Positions 1 through 11,631 of a DNA stretch of 64,000 nucleotides are shown here, one piece after another. Location of the stretch: NCBI RefSeq assembly GCF_006345805.1, contig NC_043001.1:124062001-124126000 (forward strand), written 5' to 3'. The notes beneath the pieces were generated by a model. It had not been told where the DNA came from. It saw nothing but the letters and a program-made list of their open reading frames with translations, and ran no database searches. Origin of the DNA: Octopus sinensis. Taxonomy: Eukaryota. The number at the start of each line of letters is the position of its first letter. The stretch's first letter is position 1. The position numbers were made by a program, and so were the translations under genes.

Positions 1-939
1 CAATTTATCAGTTTTTAGTCATTTTAAACCATTTGTCTAACCTCTAGCATTTTCCATTTCAAAATGCTTATAGTGTGGTAATTTTTTGAATACTAAGAAT
101 CGAAAATTTTATGAGGGTGTGTAGGCTTCCGTTTATGACTTTGACAACGATATCTAGGAATTTTCTTGGATCTTTTTAGTTTAAACACACATTCGTCGTA
201 AATTGGGGTACATTTTTCTACTTATTTGTGGCAGTGATGGGAATATATTTCCAAATTAATGGATATAGCTTTCTCTTCCGACATGCTTACAGATAAATAT
301 ATTCTGTTTTTACGAAGATTGTGCAACCAGAAATAACATGGTCGATTCTTACACTTTATATTGGTTATGAAATTTTCAATTTAAATTAAACATCTGCTCT
401 AATTTTTATGCTTGTAAAAAATTTTTATTATTGCTGTTTAGCCTCAGTTCACTCTGATCCAGTACACCTGCCATCGCATTTACCTTGTGACAACCACTTC
501 TGTTTAGAAGTGTGTAAGACTGCATAATCTGATGATAAATATTCTTATATTATGAATCAGGAGCGATTTTTGTTTCTCTAATTTGACAACTACAAAGAGG
601 ATTGCACATAACAATCACATAACGATTTTGATAATGTTTGTGGTTTTGGCATCGATTTTGGTGAGATCTTCTACATTTTTTTTTACCTTTTTGAGTATTT
701 GTTAACTTTCATATTGCGTCAATTCCTCTTATTCTCGTATATCATATGGTAATAACCATGTTTTTATACATATTTTGTGTGACTTCCTAGCTTGTTTTGT
801 GCTACGTTTTTGGTGTTCCGCTTTGATTATATATTGTTTCATCGTCTTTATACTTTCAGGTGTTTGTCCATTACAGTTTATCGGCTCGCAGAAAAGCTAT
901 ACAGTTTGAGGAAAATAGTGATGGATGGCATTAGTAATG

Positions 940-1152
940 TGTAATGCTTTCAAGTTTTGGCCCAAGGCCAGCAAGTTTGTTGGGAAGAGTCAAATCAATT
1001 AGATCGTTCCCAGTACTTTACTGGTACTTATTTTATCAACCCCGAATGGACGAAAAGCTAATGTCGGCGAAATCTTAACTCAAAATCTAATAATGAGACG
1101 GAAAAATACCGCAAAGCGTTCTTTCCGACGCACAAACAATTCTGCCACCTTT
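940..1152 (-). mobile_element. tRNA-derived SINE, family A (GGCGGCGAGCTGGCAGAA head), degenerate
   Basis: Reverse complement aligns by eye with the family A copy at 9059 (head, B-box region, TAAGTACCAG motif). Confidence 0.55.
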
Positions 1153-1730
1153 AGGTAAGTAGTGATGTAAAGTAGTGAGGTAGTGAGTAGCGATTTTCTT
1201 CACTATTTCAGGGAGTGACTACCCTGCCTGACACGAATCCCGGGCTCAGGCGGCTCCGGCTGACAGTATCCGGTATGGCCCCCTATCCAGGGTTAAAGAA
1301 AGGAGACAACCTTCAAAGAAATCCAGAGTGGATCACCGTAGGCAGTTTAGTGTTCGACTCGACACTTTTCCAGCAGCTCCTGCAACCAAGCTCGTGCCAA
1401 ACGTAATGATCTGCACTCCTTTGGACTACGTCAGCAAGGTCGAGATAGGAGTCCTGATGATTGGGCTACCCAGGATTTTCTTACATCTAGTCAGGCCTGC
1501 GCAAAACTGGAGAGGAAATGAAATGTAAAAACCAGACTGGATTAGTTTATGCGCAACTCCATTGTCTCCCAAGACGAAAGGATACCAAAAACAACAACAA
1601 AGAGACCGAACAGCGGAATAAATATTAAACCGTAAAGAAGAACAGAAATATAACTTTACGGATAGAATCCTTCGTCGAAATAAGAATAAATGTTTATTTG
1701 TGTTGGCGGATAATATTGGCATCACATTTT

Positions 1731-1931
1731 AGCACAAGGCCAACATGTTCGGGAGAGGGGTCAAGCCGATTACATCGATCCCAGTGTTCAACTGTTACTT
1801 ATTTTATCGACCCCGAAAGGATATCAGGCAAAGTCGATCCCGGCGGCATTTGACCCTAGAACGTGAAGATGGATAAAGCGCTGCTAAGCATTTTGTCCGG
1901 CATGCTAACGATTCTGCCAGCTCACTGCCTT
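1731..1931 (-). mobile_element. tRNA-derived SINE, family A
   Basis: Minus strand reads AAGGCAGTGAGCTGGCAGAATCGTTAGCATGCCGGACAAAATGCTTAGCAGCG...GATCGACTTTGCC...TTTCGGGGTCGATAAAATAAGTAACAG; homologous to 9059. Confidence 0.75.
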
Positions 1932-2110
1932 GAGTTGCTGGATAATGTTAACAGTAGAAATAGGGGCGAAAAAAACATTTGTTGAATGATTTGGATGTTC
2001 GGGGACGGGAATTGAACTATATTTTAGTTATGACCCAATATATTGTCTTTTTCGATTTTATTCTATTAGTAATTATTCCATTTACGGATAAGGACTCTCA
2101 AAATAATGCT

Positions 2111-2286
2111 TTCTACTATAGGCACAAAGCCTGAAATTTTGAAGGAATGGGTTATTACATTACATAGACTCATAAAACGCAAGGTCGGCCCCGGCGGAAT
2201 TTGAACTCAAATTGAAAGTAAAGACGGACGAAATGCTGCTAAGCATTTTATCCGGCATGCTAATGATTTAGCCAGCTCACTGCCTT
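2111..2286 (-). mobile_element. tRNA-derived SINE, family A, internally deleted
   Basis: Same head and GAGTTCAAATTCCGCCG B-box on the minus strand. Confidence 0.65.
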
Positions 2287-3199
2287 TACCTTCCAAAATT
2301 ATGAAGAAAAATATTGCATTATCAACTTGAGGTTAACTATATTTAGTATTGTTAATATAAAATTAGTATCTATTAATATTAATGGATTCCTATTCTTGGT
2401 CGAAATTCCAACATAAATATCGAATTTTAGATATAATTAGATGGGTTTTTAATCCCGGAAATATTCAGAATTACATTGCTAGCGGTCTTAATTGTGCGGG
2501 TACATTGTCCCTTTTCTATAAGATGGAAAATAAAATCATGTCGTAAAGATTTCGACCTGTTTCTATATCATAATTTTTTCCTCGAAATATTCGTCTGTTC
2601 GTAACTACGGTATTTTTTTGCTCAATCTTTATTCTATTTTTCTTACATTTTTTTCTTATACTTCAATGTTGACTTCGTTTTCTCCTTTGTAATAGGTGCT
2701 ATTTTGTTCTCTTTCATGTTATAAAACAGCCTGAACGACTATATATATTATTTTATATAGTAGCAGTATATAGTATAAATGAAATGGAGAAGTCATCCAC
2801 TATATGAGTGTGAGAATAAGGAAATTTACACACGCAACCAAAATCCGGCTCAACGGTGCCCTCCATAATCCACTCCGATACCTAGCATACTAAGACACGG
2901 GGAACCAAAATAAGGATAAGCTAGACTGCGGAATACGAGCAAAATTAATTCATTCGGCATTATTAATAAAGTATCTGGTGTCGAGAATTTAGTAATAGTC
3001 TTCGTCAATATAACTTAGAGAAAATATATTTTGAAACGTTTCGTGTAAATATTCCAATGTTATTTGCAGTCTATAAGACTGATAGGTTGTAAATTTTAGA
3101 TATAACAAATCGCACATTTCCCACCTGTCATACGCGAAACGCAAACAAACTTTCATATGCTATTATAAAACAAACTGAATATGTGTCTATATCTGTTTG

Positions 3200-3339
3200 T
3201 GAGTGTGTGTGTGTGTGTGTGTGCATGTGTGTGTGTATGGCGTGTATATAAATATATGTTGCATATAGTATATACATACACACGCACACACACACACATA
3301 TGTATGAATATATGTATCTATATATAGATAGATAGATAT

Positions 3340-3377
<38 letters not shown>

Positions 3378-3409
3378 TAAGATAGATAGATAGATAGATA
3401 GATAGATAT

Positions 3410-3443
<34 letters not shown>

Positions 3444-3444
3444 T

Positions 3445-3485
<41 letters not shown>

Positions 3486-3520
3486 GATAGATAGATAGAT
3501 AGATAGATAGATAGACAGGC
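3200..3520. repeat. (GT)n followed by long (GATA)n microsatellite
   Basis: Directly visible. Confidence 0.95.
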
Positions 3521-3566
3521 AGAAAGATAGACACATAAACAGAAAGGTAGATAGTTAATACAGATA

Positions 3567-3938
3567 TTCTTTTATTTGACGGCGGCCATGATGGAGCACC
3601 GCTTTGATGACTTTTAGCCCAACAAATCTACCCAAATCTACTTACGTTTTAAGCCTCTCATTTATGCTATCAATCTCTTTTGCCGAACCGCTAGATGCGG
3701 TGACGTAAGCACACGAACACTGGTTGTCAAGCGGTGATCTGGAGACAGACACAAACACACACACAAACCCCCACACACAAACACACACATACGATGGGCT
3801 TTTTCTCATTCCGCCTACCAAACACACGACGCTTCGTTCAACCTAAGGCTATAGTAGAAGACATTTGCCCAAGATACTACGTAGTGGCACTGAGCCCGGT
3901 ACAATGCGATTCGGAAGCAAGCTTCACACCACACAGCC
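3567..3938 (-). mobile_element. tRNA-derived SINE, family C (GGCTGTGTGG head, internal CA/TA tract, CAGCATGGCCG tail), old copy
   Basis: Reverse complement aligns with copies at 40340 and 52860. Confidence 0.7.
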
Positions 3939-4008
3939 TCATCTGTATATATATATATATTATATATATATATATAATATATATATATATAATATTATAT
4001 ATATATAT

Positions 4009-4144
4009 ATACAAAATTTAAAGGACTGACCACTAGAAGTGCACGGTCAATATGCTAGATATAGACGTCAAAATCGCTATTTTGACGTCTATATCTAGCA
4101 TATTGACCGTGCACTTCTAGTGGTCATTCGTTTAAATTTTGTAT
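4009..4144. repeat. Long inverted repeat (hairpin) beside TA microsatellite
   Basis: 4027-4074 and 4079-4126 are a perfect 48-bp inverted pair with a 4-nt loop. 4010-4022 and 4131-4143 add 13 bp after a short mismatch. Confidence 0.95.
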
Positions 4145-4237
4145 GTAAAAATTATTTTAATCCTCGGATTTTTTGTAATATGCTGGGCCACTAGTTATAA
4201 TTGATTAATATCAATTTCTACCCTTATTCAATTTTAT

Positions 4238-4287
<50 letters not shown>

Positions 4288-4292
4288 TCATA

Positions 4293-4600
4293 CACGTGGA
4301 CTGATCAATAAGTATCCGGACTGTTGCTATAGTAACGAAGCTAAAGTACGCAGAGGAAAGTCGCTTGGCACAGATTCATTTTGGACTCTATTGCGCATGC
4401 GCATTAAGTTTTAACCTTTTAGTTCACTTCCGCTGTTCACACCAATGCTTGGAAAGAAGGTGTATCATTGACCATGACAGAGGAAGTTGAACAGGGCATC
4501 TGCATTAAATTGTGCCAAAACTTTGCGATATCTACTCAGAAGCCGACACAAAGTTCTCAACACAATAAAGAACTTGTGCAATTGAAATCCGAGTGTTTTT
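4293..4600 (+). mobile_element. Mariner (Tc1/mariner) 5' fragment
   Basis: TA then CTGATCAATAAGTATCCGGACTGTTG, matching the TIR of the 14597 element. Downstream MTEEVEQGICIKLCQ resembles the mariner N-terminus EQRICIKFC. Confidence 0.7.
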
Positions 4601-4810
4601 TGGTCAGCTAAACGCAGTTTTTACACAAACTTTGCAGATCTGCATGTCAAGCCTATATCTTCATTGATAATGGACTGAACTGAACCGTAAGTAATCTGCA
4701 CATCCTCTGACGGATAGGTATTCGACGATTTCCCCTCACAGCTGCATGCACATCTGCGATATTTTTCTCACTTCTGCTGGTTGCGGGATAGATACATATA
4801 TATGTATATA

Positions 4811-5572
4811 TATATGCATATATATACATTATTTATGTTATTATACAATCCAACGCCACGCATCCATTTCCAAGTAAGTTTTTATCTTAATAATTCTGAT
4901 GCGACACTTTATAAGTATCCTATCACTATCTCAATCCCCCTCTTTTATTCTTCTTTCTGTTTCTCTCCTACCTTTTCTCTTATTCTCCTCCCCTTTACAG
5001 TTCTCTTACTCTCCCTTACTCTTCATCCTTGACTCCATCGTTGCTCACACGTGACCAGAGGCTAACTTACTTCCCCTTGCCTTTCAAGAGACAACACGCA
5101 TTTTTGCCTGTCTCATGTCAAAGCTCGTTTCTCCAGCGTTCACCACTTCAACTCGTTATGTCTTAACAGCCCTTACCGCTTGTCTTTACTGTTTTGTTCT
5201 TTCTGTCTCTTTTGTTACCACTTTAACCCTCCGCAAGTCCCAAATTTTGTTTAATTTGCTTTACGGGAACAACTGTTTTAACGAAGATGCGTCTTGTCCC
5301 AAGCGTTCGAAACGTGGAGTAGATAAAACAGGAGGCAACTGATGAAGGGATTGTTCTTTATGTCGCTTGTCTCGTTTCTCTATTTGTTCTTCGTTCTTCG
5401 AAAAAACGTTCGTTTTCCATGTTTTGTTTTTCCTGTTCTCGTTTTTCATGTACTTCACGTTTGTTTGACGTCCTGTACCCATATATGCATGTAGGTATGT
5501 ACATACATGTATGTATATATGCATATATATTATTTATCTTATATGATCGAACGCCACGCATCCATTTCCAAG
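4811..5572 (+). mobile_element. ~700-bp non-coding element with ~60-bp terminal direct repeat; diverged relative of the 870-bp tandem unit
   Basis: AACGCCACGCATCCATTTCCAAG plus flank occurs at 4811-4874 and 5516-5572. Colinear similarity to the reverse complement of 11632-12502. Ends in (TA)n. Confidence 0.65.
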
Positions 5573-5608
<36 letters not shown>

Positions 5609-5673
5609 TGATAAAAACGGTAGGTAAGATAACAAAAGAAAGAAAGAGACCTCAATATTATGTAAATAGAGGA

Positions 5674-5814
5674 AAATATCTATACAATATGTTACATTAC
5701 TCGGTAGTCAAGATAAACTCTGAGTTTCAGATGCCAAGTGGAAATCCACTTCGGCATCTGAAACTCAGAGTTTTATCTTGACTACCGAGTAATGTAAATA
5801 TTGTATAGATATTT
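5674..5814. repeat. Long inverted repeat (hairpin) between TA microsatellites
   Basis: Arms of about 69 bp centred at 5743-5744, differing by three single-base indels. Confidence 0.95.
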
Positions 5815-5827
5815 ATATATATATTAT

Positions 5828-6027
5828 TCAAAATGTGACCGCGTGTTTACTGTTGGCGATTTTTTCTTCTGTCTTCCCTTCTCTGGATCTTTCCTTCTCC
5901 TATGTTTCCGACGAAGAGCTCCGCTCGAAACGTTAAATCCTCCTTCTTTCCTTCTTTCCTGACTGTCCAATAATACTATATTTGTTCCACGTCTCGCGTT
6001 GTTGTGTTTTCATGATTGGATTAACTA
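5828..6027 (+). mobile_element. Short TA-flanked non-coding element with minimal hammerhead-like motif
   Basis: Similar in layout to the reverse complements of 22697-22924 and the 46213 unit; bounded by (TA)n. Confidence 0.6.
5904..5938 (+). ncRNA. Minimal type I hammerhead-like motif (U4C core variant)
   Basis: GTTT-CCGACGA-A-GAGC-TCC-GCTC-GAAA-CGT-T-AAAT: 4-bp stem I, 4-bp stem II, palindromic ACGT stem III. Confidence 0.5.
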
Positions 6028-6045
6028 TATATATATATATATATA

Positions 6046-6079
<34 letters not shown>

Positions 6080-6427
6080 ACTATATATATATGTGTGTGT
6101 ATATCTTTCACTTGTTTCACTGTTTAGGCTGATGTTTTACTGGGAGAAGCAAAACGTCTTGCCGCACAGCAACAGGTGTTCACCTGAAAGTTGCTAGCTC
6201 TCAATGTATGACACTGTAATTCATAAAAAGAGGAAGACAATTAATTTAATAATAGCCTCATTTCACTTGTATTTTCTGAAATCTCAATACTTTGATGCCT
6301 ATCAGTTTAAATGATACACAACTACTTTTTGAGAAGGCAACGGCATTTTAAAGAAAGAGTCATGTATTTATGTACCAAATATCTTCTAGATCATCTGAGA
6401 TAGTGAATGTCAACTACTCACTATCAC

Positions 6428-6728
6428 CGGATGGCTTGGTGGTTAGGGCATCGCGTTCCAATCATGAGCTAGTTAGTTTGATTCCCAGACCGAGATGTGT
6501 GCTGTGTTCTTGAGCAGGACACCTTATTTCACGTTGCTCCAATTCACTCAACTTAAGAAATCAGTTGCGACATCACTGGTGCTTTTGCTTTTACCGTGGA
6601 TAACGTCAGTGGCGTGGAGAGGGGGCGCCGACTGCTTGTCTTCCATAAACAACGTTGCCCAAACTTGTGCCCCGGAGGAGAACTTTCTAGGTACCGTCCC
6701 ATGACCATTCGTAACCGAAAGAGGTCTT
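6428..6728 (+). mobile_element. tRNA-derived SINE with CORE-like domain, family D, degenerate
   Basis: tRNA-like head then TGTGTTCTTGAGCAGGACACCTTATTTCACGTTGCTCC; aligns with the reverse complement of 42123-42453. Confidence 0.7.
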
Positions 6729-7462
6729 TACCCTTTTAATCTATATCGGAATTGCATCTTCGTCAAGCATTTTTATGTTACCTGCAATGAGTCTGCTGTT
6801 TGGGCATTATAAAAATGAATCAAATGACATGTTAATCACTCCTCTGCCTGATACTTATATCTACGGACTTGTTACATTCAGTTCTACATAGTCATAGCTG
6901 ACCTGGAGGTAAATAACAATGGTATCTACTGGTAACATATTTGATTGAGCTCATATCAATATATAACGTAAAAGTGTTTTGCTTCTTTTGGAGGTATAAT
7001 ATTTTAACCGTTTTGTAACAAGGGTAAAAATATTTTAACTCGAATTCAAAACCTGCAGACACATATACCTTTCTCTTAAAATAATATAACAGCATAACTG
7101 AAGACATCGGCTACTGTCATTGCGGCAAGGTATATAATACCTAAAATCCTCACTAAGAGAAAAAAAGTTATGACAAAATCTTTATATGACAGTGTGGCTG
7201 CAATATAATAATATTTTCTTGTATCTAGAGGTTTCCATAATCACTGTCAACCATAAATTTCAAATATTAGAACATAAAAACATATTTTTATATATTTGTT
7301 GACGTTTTATTTTATTGTGAAAAGAACACTAGAAACCAGGATAATATATATGTGCGTAAGTGTGAGTATATATATGTATGTATATCATTATTCAGTTTTA
7401 TTTCAGGATTTCTTGCCAATAAAGAAAGAGCTGGTTTCTTACCTAGATCCCAGGCTTCCTTC

Positions 7463-7720
7463 ACTGGAATTTCAACATCAACAACAGATGTTGTATGTAT
7501 GTATGTGTGTATGTATGTATATGTGCAACTTTGTATGTTTTGTTTTATGTATGTATTCTCATGCATATCTAGACATGCTCATATATATTTAAATGATAAA
7601 TGACTGGAAAGTTTTACAGATTTTTACAGTTCCAGAGATGAACTAGATGTGTAGTCTTCGAATTAACTTTCTCCTTTCTGGTTTTCATAAGCCTAATTTC
7701 TCAAGATCGTTATTTAAGGC
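7463..7720 (+). repeat. Dispersed repeat, second copy at 59460-59732
   Basis: Shared blocks ACTGGAATTTCAACATCAAC, GCATATCTAGACATGCTCATATATATT, TTACAGTTCCAG, TAAGCCTAATTTC. Confidence 0.8.
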
Positions 7721-8359
7721 CCCACTAATTACAGGTGTAAACCTGAACTTGTAATCTGGATAAATTAACTGCAGATTTCTCAGTAGTTCAGCGTAGGTAT
7801 TCTTTTTTTCACTAATCGTCAGCTTTACGTATGTATGTATGTATGTATGTATGTATGTATGTATGTATGTATGTATGTATGTATGTATGCATGCATATAC
7901 GTATGTATGTATGCAAGGCGGGTCTTAGGAGATGCGGGGACCAATTGGGAACAATTTTGGTGGGCCCTAGGTTCCCAGTGAACTTGCACCTCGGAAATTC
8001 CTTCCCCACCATCTTGGAGTTTTTTTTCTTGTTTGTTTTCAGGTCCTATCAACTAATCTCTCATCGTAATATACTGCAGAGGACTTTTTACCCCTTTCTG
8101 GCATATTAGGTGATCAGAATAGTGTCTGTTTTGTATGTTTTATAACTGCTATTTTTAGTATACTCAGCAGCCACCTCACGGACGCGCTGTCTTTCAGTTT
8201 ATTTAAAACAGAGTATTTTGTGTACTGTAGATCTATAACCAATTTCTTAACAACTAAATTCTATGGAAAATGAATGTTCACAAGCAAAATGGTTCATAAA
8301 TATACAAGTATATATTTATTCAAAATAAGTTAATACTTTAGTGTTAATTTCTTTAATGC

Positions 8360-9000
8360 TAATTTTAAAATATTCTACTACGTTGTCAATGATAATCGAA
8401 AATCATCTTTTTTTTAGAATGTCGGATTCGATTACAAGCTTTTGACAGTAAGTTAGTGACAAGGCCGAACCATATTCAACAAGGTAGGATAAAAGAAAAG
8501 CAGTAAAGTACAACTGCGCTTCCCCACCAGAATAGAGGATACTTTGTAGCAGTATCATTTCTTTTCCATACATTGTGTTCTCCATCTTTAAATCTTGCCT
8601 GAAATATTTCATCATTCAGCATTTCAAAGAGATTCTCCTGCAAACAGATATCTACATCAGCAACATGTACTTCAAAAGGAAATGTCACCCAACGTGGTAT
8701 ATTTAACTTCAGCTGGTCGTTAAACTGAGCTTGAATATCATTATGCAAATATTTCAAACGTTCAGTATACAAAGTCATCATCATGCAGATTACTGTTAAT
8801 TGATTCCAGACTAGGAAATTATAAGAATACACAACATACAATATTTATTTTCTAGAGCAGTAATTTCCCAAGAAAAGCAGTAATAGCTCCTTTGGAGGAT
8901 AGAACAGAATTTTCTCCTTGAAGTTGTTTGTTAATCAAATTAATTTTATCAATTATATCTGACAAAATATATCTTATAATATATATCAAATATATCTGAC
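8360..9000 (-). pseudogene. hAT (Charlie/Buster, ZBED5/8-like) transposase C-terminal remnant
   Basis: Frameshifted translations DKINLINKQLQGEN, LNIPRWVTFPFEV...LQENLFEM, TKYPLFW, AQLYFTAFLLSYLVEYG resemble the hAT dimerisation region. Confidence 0.8.
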
Positions 9001-9058
9001 ACCATTTGTTGGCTGAGATTTATGTTAGCCAGGAATGAGACAATAGTGTACCAAAGTA

Positions 9059-9960
9059 AGGCGGCGAGCTGGCAGAAACGTTAGCACGCTTGGCGAAATG
9101 CTTAGCGGTATTTCGTCTGCGTTACGTTGTGAGTTCAAATTCCGCCGAGGTCGACTTTGCCTTTCATCCTTTCGGGGTCGATAAATTAAGTACCAGTTAC
9201 GCATTGGGGTCGATGTAATCGACTTAATACCTATGTCTGTCCTTGTTTGTCCCCTCTGTGTTTAGCCCCTTGTGGGTAATAAAGAAATAGGTATTTCGTC
9301 TGCCGCTACGTTCTGAGTTCAAATTCCGCCGAGGTCGACTTTGCCTTTCATCCTTTCGGGGTCGATTAAATAAGTACCAGTTATGCACTGGGGTCGATAT
9401 AATCGATTTCATCCGTTTGTCTGCCCTTGTTTGTCCTCTCTGTGTTTAGCCCCTTGTGGGTAGTAAAGAAATAGATATTTCGTCTGCCGTTAGGTTCTGA
9501 GTTCAAATTCCGCCGATGTCGACTTTGCCTTTCATCCTTTCGGGGTCGATTAAATAAGTACCAGTTACACACTGGGTTCGATCTAATCCACGTAATCCAT
9601 TTGTCTGTCCTTGTTTGTCCTCTCTGTACTTAGCCCCTAGTGGGTAGTAAAGAAATAGGTATTTCGTATCTTTATGTTCTGAGTTCAAATTCCGCCGAGG
9701 TCGACTTTGCCTTTCATTCTTTCGGGGTCGATAAATTAAGTACCAGCTATACACTGGGGTCGATATAATCGACTTAATCCGTTTGTCTGTCATTGTTTGT
9801 CCTCTCTGTGTTTAGCCCGTTGTGGGTAGTAAAGAAATAGAAATAGGTATTTCGTCTGTCTTTGCGTTTTGAGCTCTAATTCCGCAGCAGTCGACTTTGC
9901 CTTTCATTCTTTTGGGGTCGATAAATTAAGCATCAGTTGCATACTGGGTTTGATCTAATG
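9059..9960 (+). mobile_element. SINE family A with one head and ~4.6 tandem ~184-bp body units
   Basis: Units start at 9107, 9290, 9474, 9658 and 9846 (GGTATTTCGT). A-box head only at 9059. Each unit has B-box GAGTTCAAATTCC (degenerate in the last). Confidence 0.9.
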
Positions 9961-11149
9961 TAAATATAAAAAGCGGTATGTGAATGTGCGTTTGTGTGTG
10001 TAGGGGTGTGTGTGTGTATGTGTGTGTGTGTGAGTGTGTGTGGGTGTGCGTGTATGTGCGTGTATGTACAATGGGAATGGGATGGTGAACGGTCAACTGT
10101 GTAAGGAAAATCAAATAGTGTTTCAACACTCTGTGAGTATGTGTGTGTGTGTGTCTGTGTGTGTGTATGTGTGCGTGTACAAGTGAAGTAGGTGATTGTT
10201 TGTATCTGTGATTATTATGTACATTATTTATATATAAAATGTTGCAATTAGCCGTCATTTTTTACGGTACGGGCCCGCCGGTAATTATATGAAGGTTACA
10301 CTGTTGCTGAAGAATCTCATATTAACTCGCCGAAAATACAACTTGAATTGAGTGGTGCAGCGAAGGAGCAGGTTAAAAAATGAGCAAATAGAAAATCAAA
10401 TACAATAACAAATTTTTGAGGAAATAAAATGGTCAGTAAGAAAATTGAAGGAAGAGGTCAAATATTTGTGAGTGGGGGAGTGTCTAGAGTTGGTAAGAAT
10501 GAAAAACAAGAGTGGGGATAGAAAAGGGGGTTAGTGTAGATGGATACCGACTTTATGGGAAAGGCCTTTGTGAATAATAAGCTGAGGAAACTGTACTATG
10601 TCTATAGTAAACAGATACTTTGGCGCACCCATGCGTAAATATTCATACAGAATAAAACGAAAAATTTTAGAAGAGATGGAGTGGTCAAGAATAAGAAAAC
10701 AAAGGAAGAATTCAAACATTTAGGAGTGGAAGTTGGGTGGACTTGTCAGGAAAGAAGAAAAGGAAGTATGAGTAAAAGATGGAGATATGAGTTGAAAGAT
10801 GTAGTCTTTAAGAGGGGAACATAGTATTCATACTTGGTACCTTATTACTTCACAGTAAATATTACATAAACAGTCGCCTGCCCGCCTCACACACGTACAC
10901 TCATATTGCACCCAAAGTGTCAGCATAAGTATGAACGTGCACATACAAAGAGCTCACAAAGTTAAGAAAATATACAAACACAATATATGTTACAGTTCTA
11001 TATTTAAGAGATGAGGAAAGTGTGTAAGAGAGTGACAGATAGAAAACGGTGAAACGGAGAGAAAGGGAATTAGAGGGGATAGGGGAGAAACACGATAGAG
11101 TAGAGTCGCATCAAAAAGATTAAGATAAATGTATGTACGTCTATTTTAT

Positions 11150-11375
11150 GTACATGTGTATGTTTGTGTGTCTGCGTTTGTCCCGCCCCCAACATCGCTT
11201 GACAACAGATACTGGTGTGTTTACGTTGCCGTAACTTAGCAGTTTGGTAAAAGATACCAATAGAATAAGTACTAGGATTACAAAGAGTGAGTCCTGGGGT
11301 CGATGTGTTCGACTAAAGACGGTGGTCCAGCATGGCCGCACTGAAATCACTGAAACTAGTAAAAGAATAAAAGAA
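11150..11375 (+). mobile_element. SINE family C, 3' half
   Basis: CATCGCTTGACAAC...AATAAGTACTAGG...CCAGCATGGCCGCA...GAAACTAGTAAAAGAATAAAAG. Confidence 0.85.
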
Positions 11376-11385
11376 TATATATATA

Positions 11386-11570
11386 TGTGGCTGTGTGGTA
11401 TGGTAAGTAGCTTGTTTACCAACCACATGGTTGCGGGTTCAGTCCCACTGTGTGTCACCTTGGGCAAGTGTCTTCTACTATAGCCTCGGGCCAACCAAAG
11501 CCTTGTGAGTGGATTTGGTAGACGAAAACTGAAAGAAGCTCGTCGTATATCTGTATACACACACACACAG

Positions 11571-11630
<60 letters not shown>
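11386..11630 (+). mobile_element. SINE family C, 5' half (interrupted in its internal TA tract by the tandem array)
   Basis: GGCTGTGTGG head, GGGTTCAGTCCC B-box, CCTTGGGCAAGTGTCTT; the matching 3' half resumes at 13969. Confidence 0.85.

Positions 11631-11631
<1 letters not shown>

Noticed and set aside
1454-1480. CTGATGA-tTGGG-cta-CCCAg in a GC-richer island (1210-1530)
   Set aside because: GAAA is replaced by GATT and no stem I or III is found; no HDV-like fold could be built either.
3187-3536. ORFs rich in IY/YI/CV/HT/LSIY repeats here and throughout (18.2, 22.5, 40.0, 46.0, 55.8, 63.6 kb)
   Set aside because: Translations of TA, CA, GATA and CATA microsatellites.
9107-9960. Regularly spaced repeats resembling CRISPR (also 15234-15288 and 61281-61455)
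   Set aside because: Whole units repeat with no unique spacers, no cas genes, eukaryotic context.
10530-10720. Possible PLE RT scrap (LFTIDIVQ...HKGL) on minus strand
   Set aside because: Single weak motif.
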